A stretch of DNA of 64,000 nucleotides, taken from positions 10,519 to 74,518 of the forward strand of contig DEHD01000018.1 of assembly GCA_002351725.1 (NCBI GenBank), in the 5' to 3' direction. Positions 27,431 through 37,413 of this stretch are shown one piece after another. The position numbers were made by a program, and so were the translations under genes. A model generated the notes under the pieces. It had not been told where the DNA came from. It saw nothing but the letters and a program-made list of their open reading frames with translations, and did no database searches. The DNA is from Prevotella sp. UBA2809. Lineage in GTDB: Bacteria; Bacteroidota; Bacteroidia; Bacteroidales; Bacteroidaceae. The number at the start of each line of letters is the position of its first letter. Position 1 is the stretch's first letter.

Positions 27431-29359
27431 TCAGATTCTCCACCTTACTTGTATATCAAGATCAGTTTGGCTAGATTGGTCTATCTGCTGATTATCGCTG
27501 CTTATTTTGACACGATCAAAGTAATCAGTAACGCCTATTTTTGCAGTAAATGTAAGCTTTCTACCTATACAGGCTCTTAACATCATCCAGTAACGTATAC
27601 CCTCGCCATAGAACTGCTGCATAGAATATGTATAAAGAGGACCATTTTCATATAGATACACTCGGCTGTTACTGCTATCTGTATCAAAATATCCTACCCC
27701 TGCGTTGAGACGCAACCAATCGTGAGTATATGCAACGTTCTCACTTATCATAGCACCGAACTCAGATTTCTGTGCAGTACAATAACCACCATCAAACTGC
27801 GTCCGCGCACTGAATTGTGATGAAGAATATTCAATGCTTATTCGGGTACGATGTTCCTGTTCTTTAATTTTCAGTCTGTAACGCCCCATTAGTTTCCATT
27901 TTTCAGTAGTGTGTACGCATTGAATCATATTATCAACCGAATGTGACGCTGTTGATTCACGATACATAGGCCATGGATGGTAGGCATAGTCGGTATAGGC
28001 TGTCAGCTGCCACTTTGACGATGGTTGCCACGACAGTCCTACATAAATTCCGCTTTCGTTCTGTATTTTTCCACCGTCACTATAACTCTGCGCATCTAAC
28101 GATGCGTATTGATAGGCATAAAAACGCTGCAGTACCATGATATTTATATTATTATTTGTACTTACACTTATCGTGTTTATTGTTGCAATGTGCCCTTTGT
28201 CGTCAGTAGCTGTTTCACCATTCAATGCCCATCGCCTGCCTCTGTAGCCATAGTCTATGCTGGCGTTCATAAAGTTAAAACCTTCTGGCTTATAATAATT
28301 GTACATCTGCTTTTTATTTGGCCTCAATTCTCTATCCAAGTGATTGTACAGTGCATTTAAAGCAATATGCATTCTGCCTACATCATAGCGTAATGTACCG
28401 CCAGTTTTCAATACATGCATATTATGTTTCTTTTCCATCTCCGTTTCCGTACGATGGTAGCCTGAAGTCAATATAGTTCGAGCACTTCCGTCGTTATTAA
28501 GTGTTGCGTCAATGGGGGCGTATGAAACAAACGCAGTTGTTCGTATACCTCGCCCATAATTGATAGTGGCTCCTACACCTTGAAGATAGCCTTCCGATCT
28601 TGAAGAATGTGCCCGCAGTCCAATAGTGTTTCGTCCCAGATTCTGTAATATAGCAATTTTGCCTAATCCAAAACTATTGTTCATCACCATACCCATACCC
28701 ATCGATACCCTATAGTTTCCAAGCACCAGTGTTTCCAGGCGTCCCATCTTTTTCAGTTGCAGATATGGTGAATAATAATCATAACCGAACTTATTTCCAT
28801 TTGTAAAGAAAGGTTCACCAGCATCTTTCGATGCCACAATACCTAATTTCATATTATCGCCACGCTCCACCTGATAGCGGAACCAATGGCGATACCTGTC
28901 GCCCAGATAGCCATCCCTGTCACCTTTCCGCTCATAAAATGGCACACGACCGTTTGCCACCAATTCGTTCCTGACACGCGGCTTCAGCTTGGTTTCATCA
29001 CCAACATACACAAAGCATTCCAGCAGTTTTCTAACCTGTGGGCCAATTTCCTTAATCATCTGTAGTTCGGCCAACGATTTCATCGAGCCGTATCTATATA
29101 GATATTCCTCCAAAGCCTCAACCTGTTGGGTCGACAGGAATGGGATTTGTTCTAATTCTTCACGCGTTGTTTTATTTATGTTTATCGGATTTTGTTCCAA
29201 TTCACAAAGCAGATCGTAGTTCTCTTGCCACTGTTCTGACGCCATATCTTCCGCATTCATCACTTGGTTCAAATACTGTTCCCAACAATGCTGCTCTTGC
29301 GCCTGCAACCCAAGCACAATCACAGTCAGAGACATTACTAAAAAAAATCTTAATCTCAT
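27431..29359 (-). CDS. helix-hairpin-helix (ComEA-like) domain protein with probable beta-barrel C-terminus
   Basis: Signal peptide; PININKTTREELEQIPFL HhH motif; beta-rich C-terminus ending QVRWRI. Confidence 0.75.
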   Translation of the reverse strand: MRLRFFLVMSLTVIVLGLQAQEQHCWEQYLNQVMNAEDMASEQWQENYDLLCELEQNPININKTTREELEQIPFLSTQQVEALEEYLYRYGSMKSLAELQMIKEIGPQVRKLLECFVYVGDETKLKPRVRNELVANGRVPFYERKGDRDGYLGDRYRHWFRYQVERGDNMKLGIVASKDAGEPFFTNGNKFGYDYYSPYLQLKKMGRLETLVLGNYRVSMGMGMVMNNSFGLGKIAILQNLGRNTIGLRAHSSRSEGYLQGVGATINYGRGIRTTAFVSYAPIDATLNNDGSARTILTSGYHRTETEMEKKHNMHVLKTGGTLRYDVGRMHIALNALYNHLDRELRPNKKQMYNYYKPEGFNFMNASIDYGYRGRRWALNGETATDDKGHIATINTISVSTNNNINIMVLQRFYAYQYASLDAQSYSDGGKIQNESGIYVGLSWQPSSKWQLTAYTDYAYHPWPMYRESTASHSVDNMIQCVHTTEKWKLMGRYRLKIKEQEHRTRISIEYSSSQFSARTQFDGGYCTAQKSEFGAMISENVAYTHDWLRLNAGVGYFDTDSSNSRVYLYENGPLYTYSMQQFYGEGIRYWMMLRACIGRKLTFTAKIGVTDYFDRVKISSDNQQIDQSSQTDLDIQVRWRI

Positions 29360-29383
29360 AGGTTTATGTCATATTTTGGTCTG

Positions 29384-29463
29384 CAAAGATAAAGTATTTA
29401 TTTGAAATAAATGCAAAAAGGTGAAGGAAATAGTGTAAATATGAAAAATAAGCACTACCTTTG
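29384..29463. promoter_or_regulatory. divergent -7 boxes (HhH gene vs DUF4294 gene)
   Basis: TATCTTTG on - (29391-29384) and TACCTTTG on + (29456-29463). Confidence 0.65.
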
Positions 29464-29471
29464 CACCCGAA

Positions 29472-30110
29472 ATGAGAAAGGTAGTTGTTTTATCGATGAT
29501 GTTGCTGCTCTGGATCTCGGCTGCCAAGGGGCAGGAGGAACAGAGAATGACCGCTGAGCAGGTGCTGGCGGAAATGGACTCGCCTACTTTTGTGCCTACC
29601 GTGAAGGTGAGCAAGGTGATGCACGAGGGAGACAGCATACAGTATATGGAGATGAACAACGTGTATGTATACCCACAACTGACGTTTAAAAACAAACGAC
29701 AGGCCCAGAACTACATGCGACTGGTGACAAACGTGAAGAAGGTGCTGCCGATTGCTAAAGAGGCAAGAATGATGCTTATAGAAACAACGGAGTACTTAGA
29801 AACACTGCCAAACGACAAAGCAAAGGCAGAACACATGAAACGCGTGGAACAGGACATTTTCAAAACATACAAGCCTAAAATGAAAAAACTGACCTACAGC
29901 CAGGGAAAACTGCTGATAAAACTGATAGACCGCGAGTGCCACTCGAGCAGCTACGACATGATTAAGGCTTTTATGGGGCCGCTGAGAGCTGGATTCTGGC
30001 AGGTGTTTGCATGGGGCTTTGGTGCATCGTTGAAGAAGGAATATGATGCGCAGGGAGTGGACCGACTGACAGAGCGAGTAGTGCTTATGGTTGAGAGTGG
30101 GCAGATTTAA
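29472..30110 (+). CDS. DUF4294-like secreted protein
   Basis: Signal peptide; NVKKVLP, SQGKLLIKLIDRE, FGASLKKEYD. Confidence 0.7.
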   Translation: MRKVVVLSMMLLLWISAAKGQEEQRMTAEQVLAEMDSPTFVPTVKVSKVMHEGDSIQYMEMNNVYVYPQLTFKNKRQAQNYMRLVTNVKKVLPIAKEARMMLIETTEYLETLPNDKAKAEHMKRVEQDIFKTYKPKMKKLTYSQGKLLIKLIDRECHSSSYDMIKAFMGPLRAGFWQVFAWGFGASLKKEYDAQGVDRLTERVVLMVESGQI

Positions 30111-30172
30111 AATAGTTTAATATTTCAGGGAGCAAATTTTGTGATTTATTTTGTGATTTGAATAAATTTGCT

Positions 30173-30180
30173 TAACTTTG
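30173..30180 (+). promoter_or_regulatory. -7 box for dxs-trkA-trkH
   Basis: TAACTTTG, with upstream TTTG elements. Confidence 0.6.
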
Positions 30181-30202
30181 CACTCGATAAATTAATTTTT
30201 GT

Positions 30203-32101
30203 GTGGAAAAAACTGAGTTTACTCTATTAAATAAGATTGAAACACCCGAAGATTTAAGGAAGCTGAAGGTGGAAGATTTGCCACAGGTGTGCGCTGAACT
30301 GCGCCGCGATATTATTGAAGAGGTGGCAGTGAACCCGGGACATCTGGCGTCGAGCCTTGGTGTGGCAGAAATAACTGTGGCACTACACTACGTGTATAAT
30401 ACTCCCGAAGACAGAATTGTTTGGGACGTGGGTCATCAGGCCTACGGACATAAGATACTTACTGGCAGAAAGGAAAGATTCTGCACGAATAGAAAGTTAG
30501 GCGGAATAAAGCCGTTCCCATCGCCGGAAGAGAGCGAATACGACACCTTTGCCTGCGGACATGCCAGCAACTCTGTATCGGCAGCATTGGGTATGGCCGT
30601 GGCTGCAGAGCTTGAGGGAAAGAAAGACAGACACGTGGTGGCTGTGATAGGCGACGGCGCACTGAGCGGCGGATTGGCGTTTGAAGGACTGAACAACGTA
30701 TCGAGCAGCCCTAACAACCTGCTTATCATCCTGAACGACAACAACATGTCGATAGACCGAAGTGTGGGAGGTATGAAGCAGTATCTGCTGAACCTGAGCA
30801 CTAACGAGACATATAACGCCATAAAGTTTAAGACGGCACGATGGTTCAATCGCCATGGCATGCTGAATGATGACCGCAAGAAGGGACTTATCCGACTGAC
30901 AAATGCGATGAAGAGTGCGATTTCGCATCAGCAGAACATCTTCGACGGTATGAACATACAGTACTTCGGTCCGTTTGACGGACACAACGTGAAGGAACTG
31001 GTGCGCATACTGAGTCAGCTGAAGAATATGACAGGACCTAAGTTGCTGCACCTTCACACAAAGAAAGGACACGGATATGCACCTGCCGAGAAGGACGTGA
31101 CGATATGGCACGCACCAGGAAAATTCAATCCCGACACAGGCGAACGCATTGTGGACAATGACCCCACAAAGCCTCAGAAATATCAGGATGTATTCGGACA
31201 TACACTGCTTGAACTGGCAAAACAGAACCCCAAGATAGTTGGAGTGACACCTGCCATGCCAAGTGGATGCTCGATGAACATTATGATGAAAGAGATGCCC
31301 GAAAGGACATTCGACGTAGGTATAGCCGAGGGACATGCCGTAACATTCAGTGGAGGTATGGCCAAAGATGGACTGCTGCCATTCTGTAACATCTATAGTG
31401 CATTTGCTCAAAGAGCATTCGACAATATTATACACGACGTGGCACTGTTGAACCTGAACGTGGTATTATGCTTTGACCGCGCCGGACTAGTGGGAGAAGA
31501 CGGAGCTACACACCATGGAGCTTTCGACCTAAGTGCTCTGCGACCTATACCAAACTTGACGATTTGCTCACCACTTGACGAGCACGAGCTACGCAGACTG
31601 ATGTATACAGCACAACTACCCGACAAGGGACCGTTTGTGATACGTTATCCACGAGGCGGTGGAGAACTTCAGGACTGGCGATGCCCATTTGAAGAGATAA
31701 AGGTGGGAACAGGACGCAAACTTCACGACGGAAGCGACGTGGCAGTGCTGAGCATAGGCCCGATTGGAAACAACGTCACCCGCGCCATTGAACAATTGAA
31801 AAATGAGAATAAGGAATTAAGTGTTGCTCATTACGACATGAGATTCCTTAAGCCTATCGATGAAAGCATTCTCGAAGAAGTGGGACGCAATTTTAAGCGC
31901 GTAATCACCGTTGAGAACGGAGTGATAAGAGGCGGACTTGGATCGGCCGTGCTTGAGTGGATGAACGACCACGGATATACTCCTAGAGTGCAGAGACTGG
32001 GTCTGCCCGACAGTTTTGTAGAGCATGGAACAGTGAAAGAACTGATGCACATCGTAGGAATAGACGAGGAAGGCATTAAGAAAGCTATACTAGAGGCATG
32101 A
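30203..32101 (+). CDS. dxs: 1-deoxy-D-xylulose-5-phosphate synthase
   Basis: [18 protein letters not shown]...[21 protein letters not shown]; GTG start. Confidence 0.96.
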   Translation: MEKTEFTLLNKIETPEDLRKLKVEDLPQVCAELRRDIIEEVAVNPGHLASSLGVAEITVALHYVYNTPEDRIVWDVGHQAYGHKILTGRKERFCTNRKLGGIKPFPSPEESEYDTFACGHASNSVSAALGMAVAAELEGKKDRHVVAVIGDGALSGGLAFEGLNNVSSSPNNLLIILNDNNMSIDRSVGGMKQYLLNLSTNETYNAIKFKTARWFNRHGMLNDDRKKGLIRLTNAMKSAISHQQNIFDGMNIQYFGPFDGHNVKELVRILSQLKNMTGPKLLHLHTKKGHGYAPAEKDVTIWHAPGKFNPDTGERIVDNDPTKPQKYQDVFGHTLLELAKQNPKIVGVTPAMPSGCSMNIMMKEMPERTFDVGIAEGHAVTFSGGMAKDGLLPFCNIYSAFAQRAFDNIIHDVALLNLNVVLCFDRAGLVGEDGATHHGAFDLSALRPIPNLTICSPLDEHELRRLMYTAQLPDKGPFVIRYPRGGGELQDWRCPFEEIKVGTGRKLHDGSDVAVLSIGPIGNNVTRAIEQLKNENKELSVAHYDMRFLKPIDESILEEVGRNFKRVITVENGVIRGGLGSAVLEWMNDHGYTPRVQRLGLPDSFVEHGTVKELMHIVGIDEEGIKKAILEA

Positions 32102-33453
32102 AGATAATAATTGTAGGTGCAGGTGCCGTTGGTACTCACCTGTCGAAGCTACTGTCGAGAGAACATCAGGACTGCGTGCTGATCGATGCTGACGATGAAC
32201 GTCTGGCTAAGATGAGCGAGTATGATGTTATGACATACTGCGCATCGCCTACTAGTATTAAAGCTCTAAAGGAGGCGGGAGTGCAGAATGCCGACCTGTT
32301 TGTGGGTGTTACGCCCGAGGAGAGCATTAATATTAATGCATGCATATTGGCACATGCTCTGGGAGCCAAGAAGACCGTAGCAAGAATTGACAACTACGAG
32401 TATTTGGCACCAGGACTGCAACAGTTCTTCAAGAACCTTGGACTTGACTCGTTGATTTACCCAGAGGTTCTGGCCGCAATAGACATAAACAACGGACTGA
32501 AACTTAGCTGGGTTCGCCAGCGTTGGGACGTTCACGACGGAGCACTTATATTACTGGGTATTAAACTGAGAGAACAGGCCGAGATACTGAACCAACCGCT
32601 GAAAGACTTGTGCGGACCTGACGACCCATATCATATTGTAGCAATAAAACGCGGTGGCGACACCATTATACCAAGCGGTATGGATGAGCTTAGAGTTAAC
32701 GACCTAGCTTACTTCATGACTACAAAGGATTATATTCCATACATACGCAAGATAGTAGGTAAGGAGCACTATACCGACGTGAAGAACGTGATAATGATGG
32801 GTGGAGGAAAAACCACAGTTAGAGCTGCCCTGACTGCGCCCGACTATATGAACGTGAAGATTATAGAGAAGGACGCCAAGCGCTGTGAGCGACTGAACGA
32901 ACTGTTGGAGAACAAAGACGTCATGGTTATTCACGGCGACGGACGCGACTTGGGATTGCTTGAGGAAGAGGGAATAAGAAACACTCAGGCATTTGTTGCA
33001 CTGACAGAGAATGCAGAGACAAACATCCTTGCATGTCTGACTGCAAAGAAGATGGGCGTGCGCAAGACCGTGGCAATGGTGGAGAACCTTGACTATGTAA
33101 CCATGGCCGAGAGCTTGGACATAGGTACTATTATTAACAAAAAGACTATTGCTGCAAGCCATATATATCAGATGCTGCTTGAGGCTGACGTAGACAATCT
33201 GAGATCGCTGATGATGGTAGATAGCGAAGTGGCTGAGTTCACAGCTGCCGAAGGTTCAAAGGTTACAAAGAAACCAGTTAAGGACCTTGGATTGCCATTC
33301 GGAATGACCATTGGAGGTCTGGTGCGCAACGGAGTGGGAATGCTTGTTAACGGAAACTCGCAGATTGAAGCGGGCGACTCAGTAATGGTATTCTGCCACG
33401 AACAGAAATTAAACAACATCGAGAAACTCTTCAAGAAGGACGCGATATGGTAA
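32098..33453 (+). CDS. trkA: Trk potassium uptake NAD-binding subunit
   Basis: Two RCK domains (GAGAVG, GGGKT). Confidence 0.92.
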   Translation: MKIIIVGAGAVGTHLSKLLSREHQDCVLIDADDERLAKMSEYDVMTYCASPTSIKALKEAGVQNADLFVGVTPEESININACILAHALGAKKTVARIDNYEYLAPGLQQFFKNLGLDSLIYPEVLAAIDINNGLKLSWVRQRWDVHDGALILLGIKLREQAEILNQPLKDLCGPDDPYHIVAIKRGGDTIIPSGMDELRVNDLAYFMTTKDYIPYIRKIVGKEHYTDVKNVIMMGGGKTTVRAALTAPDYMNVKIIEKDAKRCERLNELLENKDVMVIHGDGRDLGLLEEEGIRNTQAFVALTENAETNILACLTAKKMGVRKTVAMVENLDYVTMAESLDIGTIINKKTIAASHIYQMLLEADVDNLRSLMMVDSEVAEFTAAEGSKVTKKPVKDLGLPFGMTIGGLVRNGVGMLVNGNSQIEAGDSVMVFCHEQKLNNIEKLFKKDAIW

Positions 33454-34904
33454 ACTTCCGTATCATCAGCAAGATTATTGGCTCACTACTCTTTATAGAA
33501 GGGCAGTTTATGGGATGGTGCGCACTGATGTCGTTTCTATATCACGAGGACGACCTGATGGCGTTTCTGATTTCCCTACTGATAACCTTTGGAAGCGGAT
33601 TCTTCTTCCTGTACTTAGGAAGAAACGCCGACAACACGCTGAGCCGTAGGGATGCCTATCTGGTGGTGACGGCGGCATGGGTGGTGTTCTCGTTCTTCGG
33701 CATGTTCCCCTTCCTGATTCATGGCAGCATCACGAACATTACGGATGCCTTCTTTGAATCGACATCGGGCTTTACAACAACGGGAGCCTCGATACTGGAC
33801 GACGTAGAGACGCTGCCGCACGCGATACTCTTCTGGCGATCGCTGACGCAATGGATTGGCGGACTGGGAATCGTATTCTTTACCATCGCCATTCTGCCAT
33901 CGCTGGTGGGAGGTAGCGTGAAAATTTTCGCGGCAGAGGCAACAGGACCTATCAAGGCGAAGATGCACCCCAGACTGTCGACAACGGCCAAGTGGATATG
34001 GAGCATCTACTTTATACTGACCATAGGTTGCGGACTGGCTTACTGGCTGGCGGGAATGGACCTGTTTGAGGCCACCAACTACTCGATGACAACAACAGCC
34101 ACAGGCGGATTTGCCATCCACAACGAGAGTACGGCGTACTTCAACTCGCCTACCATCGACTATATCTCGATTATCTTCCAGTTTCTGTCGGGCATCAACT
34201 TCACCTTATTATATCTATGTATCATCAAGATGAAGCTGAAAGCGCTGATAACCAACTCGGAATTCAAACTCTATCTGGGCGTAGTGACGGGTGCCACGCT
34301 GTGGATTATGTATCTGCTGCTGACACGTATGGACTACGATATGGAGCACGCCTTCAGAGCGGCGCTGTTCCAGGTGGTTTCGTTTATGACCACCACGGGT
34401 ATGTTTAACGAGGATGCGGGCACCTGGCCTCACATCACGTGGGTGATACTGGGTGTGGTGATGTACTTAGGTGCGTGTGCAGGCAGTACGAGCGGCGGAT
34501 TTAAGTGCGTGAGAGGCGTGATGCTGCTGAAGGTGATTCGCAACAACTTCCGCCAGATTCTGCACCCGAATGCGGTGCTGCCCGTGAAGATTAACGGGGT
34601 GAACATACCGCAATCGAAACTGGTGGCGCTGTTTGCATTCTTTACGCTGACCATCCTGATGACGCTGGTAACGGCTACCATCATGATTGTGGCTGGCATA
34701 GACAATACCAATGCCATCACCATCGCACTGAGCTGTGTGAGCAATGTGGGACCGACGCTGGGCACACAGATTGGACCGGTGATGTCGTGGTCATCCCTAC
34801 CCGACTTTATCAAGTGGATTCTGTGTCCGCTGATGCTGATGGGACGTCTGGAGATAATGACGGTACTGGTATTGTTTACACGTAGTTTCTGGACAGAAAA
34901 TTAA
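33447..34904 (+). CDS. trkH: Trk potassium uptake membrane subunit
   Basis: FESTSGFTTTG, TATGGF, GSTSGG, SNVGP, GRLE. Confidence 0.92.
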   Translation: MVNFRIISKIIGSLLFIEGQFMGWCALMSFLYHEDDLMAFLISLLITFGSGFFFLYLGRNADNTLSRRDAYLVVTAAWVVFSFFGMFPFLIHGSITNITDAFFESTSGFTTTGASILDDVETLPHAILFWRSLTQWIGGLGIVFFTIAILPSLVGGSVKIFAAEATGPIKAKMHPRLSTTAKWIWSIYFILTIGCGLAYWLAGMDLFEATNYSMTTTATGGFAIHNESTAYFNSPTIDYISIIFQFLSGINFTLLYLCIIKMKLKALITNSEFKLYLGVVTGATLWIMYLLLTRMDYDMEHAFRAALFQVVSFMTTTGMFNEDAGTWPHITWVILGVVMYLGACAGSTSGGFKCVRGVMLLKVIRNNFRQILHPNAVLPVKINGVNIPQSKLVALFAFFTLTILMTLVTATIMIVAGIDNTNAITIALSCVSNVGPTLGTQIGPVMSWSSLPDFIKWILCPLMLMGRLEIMTVLVLFTRSFWTEN

Positions 34905-34927
34905 ACATCTCCGAATTCGTATAAGAT

Positions 34928-35923
34928 TTATGTGCCCAAATAAGTTCGGATATCGTCTTGGATGCGGCGGAATTGCTCTGAAGAGATGTAACCAGTATTC
35001 TTTTTGAGCATAACCTTTATATCCTGCAGCGAGTTTTCGTAACAGGACATTTCGTTTCGCTTCTGTGTCTTATGTGCAGTGGCATAGAAAATCTCGTTCT
35101 GGCGTTCCTGTCGCAACAAATTGCACACCTTAGTAAGTATGGGCGATACAACGGTATCGAACAGATGATGGCCTTGCATATATAAATAGGTAGTCTGTGG
35201 AGTAACACCAAGTGCACGGATATCATCCTTAGTGGCAAGGTATTCGTCCTTTGCGTCTGGGAACTGGCGCTGCAATTCATTAATCTTAGTATGCACCTTA
35301 CGCTTTACATTAGAAATAGAGGCGCTAGGATTCATCACATTGAATCCACCAGGATCAGCAATGCGATTGAAATCGCTAATGGAGAACTTTGGGTAGTTAC
35401 CATTGCGATACACCATGACAGACCACACAAAGAGCGGAAATAAAGCCTCGCTAAACTGCGCAAAATATTCACGGAAATCAAAGATTCTATGATCATTGAG
35501 GGTAACAGACACACAGACATTATGCAGCGAAGGGGCATAGCATTGGAAGTTCTCGATAGCATACACATAGGTATGGAACACATAAGAACTATTTAACACA
35601 CTTCGAGACTGATGTGTTCGGCCCTGAATAAGATAGTCGTAATCAGCATCTACACAAGCTATCATGTCCTTACCTAGAGGTTCACCCTCGAGGAAATTCA
35701 TAAGCACCGACTTCTTTCCACGAGTGAGGTTAACTTTTGATGGAAGCATCACCTCAAAGTAACGCTTATCGTTCTCGAATTCGCTGAGCACAGTGCGCCA
35801 AAAGTAAATATCATCATAGCTTTCGACATAGGCCACAATCCTATGTCGCGCCTTCTTTGAGGTAAGCGCATTGGCAGCCTCAAAATAACGGCTATTGATA
35901 TTATCCTTTAGACGATTGGCCAT
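34928..35923 (-). CDS. DUF4435 / TOPRIM-like protein (AriB-like)
   Basis: YVESYDD (TOPRIM Glu), CVDADYD (DxD), YAIEN; directly downstream of an ABC-type ATPase gene. Confidence 0.8.
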   Translation of the reverse strand: MANRLKDNINSRYFEAANALTSKKARHRIVAYVESYDDIYFWRTVLSEFENDKRYFEVMLPSKVNLTRGKKSVLMNFLEGEPLGKDMIACVDADYDYLIQGRTHQSRSVLNSSYVFHTYVYAIENFQCYAPSLHNVCVSVTLNDHRIFDFREYFAQFSEALFPLFVWSVMVYRNGNYPKFSISDFNRIADPGGFNVMNPSASISNVKRKVHTKINELQRQFPDAKDEYLATKDDIRALGVTPQTTYLYMQGHHLFDTVVSPILTKVCNLLRQERQNEIFYATAHKTQKRNEMSCYENSLQDIKVMLKKNTGYISSEQFRRIQDDIRTYLGT

Positions 35924-35935
35924 AAACCGCAGGCC

Positions 35936-36772
35936 TTAAACAGTAATATCTGATACCTCTGTTACGGAATCTACCCAACCATTCATAACGATGGCAGGAG
36001 AATGTGTGGTGAGAATAATCTGTACGTTGGGGTTGAGCTCAAGACAGAGGTCAACAAGACGTTTCTGCCACTCAAGATGTAATGACACCTCAGGTTCGTC
36101 CATAAACAGGACATAAGGCATATTATCCTCCACCAGAACAGTAAGCAGGATTATCAGAATCTGCTTTTCTCCACTCGACAACTGATAGGGCAACAAAACC
36201 TCACCTATCTGTGTAAAACGGAGCTCGTTCTCAGTGCGGATCATCTTCTTACCCGTATCGCGGAACAGTTCATCAACGATATCCTGGAAACGGGTTTTCT
36301 TCTGAGACAGCTGCTGAGCGGCATCAGCATCGCCACTCTGAAGCTTATCGATAATACGATTGCCTATGTTTACCTGGTAATCAAGATACTTACGCTGCAG
36401 ATTATATAATTGGATATCGAGTAGCGAACCACCCCCTACTCCAGCTAAGGCAGAAAGGGCCTGACGAAGGAATCCTTCGCCTTCGGCAAGTGCCTGCTGC
36501 AGATTTGAGTCTAGCGAGCGGATCATATCATAGCGAATCCACTTGGCATCCTCTGGTTCTACATCCAAGCGTACACCCTTAAGCATATGCGAAGGGAACT
36601 CGCCACCAGCAATAAGCCCCTTAACAACTTTGTTAAGGATGGTACTCTTACCTTCGCCATTCATTCCGCTTAGGATATTAACATGGCGATTCAATTCCCA
36701 CACGATATGTTTCTTTCCGCTCCAAAGCGAATCGATCTCTATCTTCTTAATGTAATCAGCGTACTTAGGCAT
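35936..36772 (-). CDS. soluble ABC-type (AAA_15/AAA_21-like) ATPase (AriA-like)
   Basis: Walker A GMNGEGKST, LSSGEKQ, Walker B FMDEPE, SLH, TTHS; no TM segments. Confidence 0.85.
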   Translation of the reverse strand: MPKYADYIKKIEIDSLWSGKKHIVWELNRHVNILSGMNGEGKSTILNKVVKGLIAGGEFPSHMLKGVRLDVEPEDAKWIRYDMIRSLDSNLQQALAEGEGFLRQALSALAGVGGGSLLDIQLYNLQRKYLDYQVNIGNRIIDKLQSGDADAAQQLSQKKTRFQDIVDELFRDTGKKMIRTENELRFTQIGEVLLPYQLSSGEKQILIILLTVLVEDNMPYVLFMDEPEVSLHLEWQKRLVDLCLELNPNVQIILTTHSPAIVMNGWVDSVTEVSDITV

Positions 36773-36805
36773 AGGCAAGGTTTTTAGAAAGTTCGTATTT
36801 TATTG

Positions 36806-37411
36806 TTATCTGCTCTTAAACACAGGACGTTTCTCGCCTGGATGCCAGATGTCATAGACAGCAATATCGAATATCAAATCGCTATATCCGGGAATATCGC
36901 TATAGTCTGATGTACCGTATCCAAGCTTGTAAGAGAAGTGTACACGCCAGCGATCGCCCACACGCATATGCTGGAGGGCTGTAGAAAAGCCATCGCGCAA
37001 GCCGGTTTCGCCAGGACAGAACTTAGTGGTACCTGCAGTTGACCAATCGAAGTCGCCAAGGAATGTTTGGTCGAACACATAACCATCAGTATATGATGCA
37101 CTTGGGATGAGACGGCCTCTATAAGCAACACGTACAGTATCGGTAAACAAGGCAGGCTCTCCACTACCCGACTCAAGCACCTCAACATATACGTAATCTG
37201 TACTGGCTGCACTTGAAATAGTGGCGTTCTTGCTGTAGGTAAGATACTTGGTCATGGAACTAGTTGCGAGCTTTTCAATATAAGCATCGTTCTTTTCCTG
37301 CCACTTGTCAAACTCATCTTCAGTATCGCTATCCTCGCTGCACGATGATACTATTCCCATAAAAGGGAACAGTACCACAGCGAGCAATATGTATTTGAGA
37401 TTCTTCATCAT
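36806..37411 (-). CDS. FKBP-type peptidyl-prolyl isomerase lipoprotein
   Basis: Lipobox VSSC; YRGRL...FD, ALQHMRVG, LGYG, IPGYSDLIFDI. Confidence 0.85.
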   Translation of the reverse strand: MMKNLKYILLAVVLFPFMGIVSSCSEDSDTEDEFDKWQEKNDAYIEKLATSSMTKYLTYSKNATISSAASTDYVYVEVLESGSGEPALFTDTVRVAYRGRLIPSASYTDGYVFDQTFLGDFDWSTAGTTKFCPGETGLRDGFSTALQHMRVGDRWRVHFSYKLGYGTSDYSDIPGYSDLIFDIAVYDIWHPGEKRPVFKSR

Positions 37412-37413
37412 TA

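Noticed and set aside
36430-36500. Small palindromes (CGAAGG-aat-CCTTCG, GCCTTCGGC) in the ATPase gene as another in-frame repeat insert
   Set aside because: Short and without a second copy in the window, so chance cannot be excluded without an ortholog alignment.
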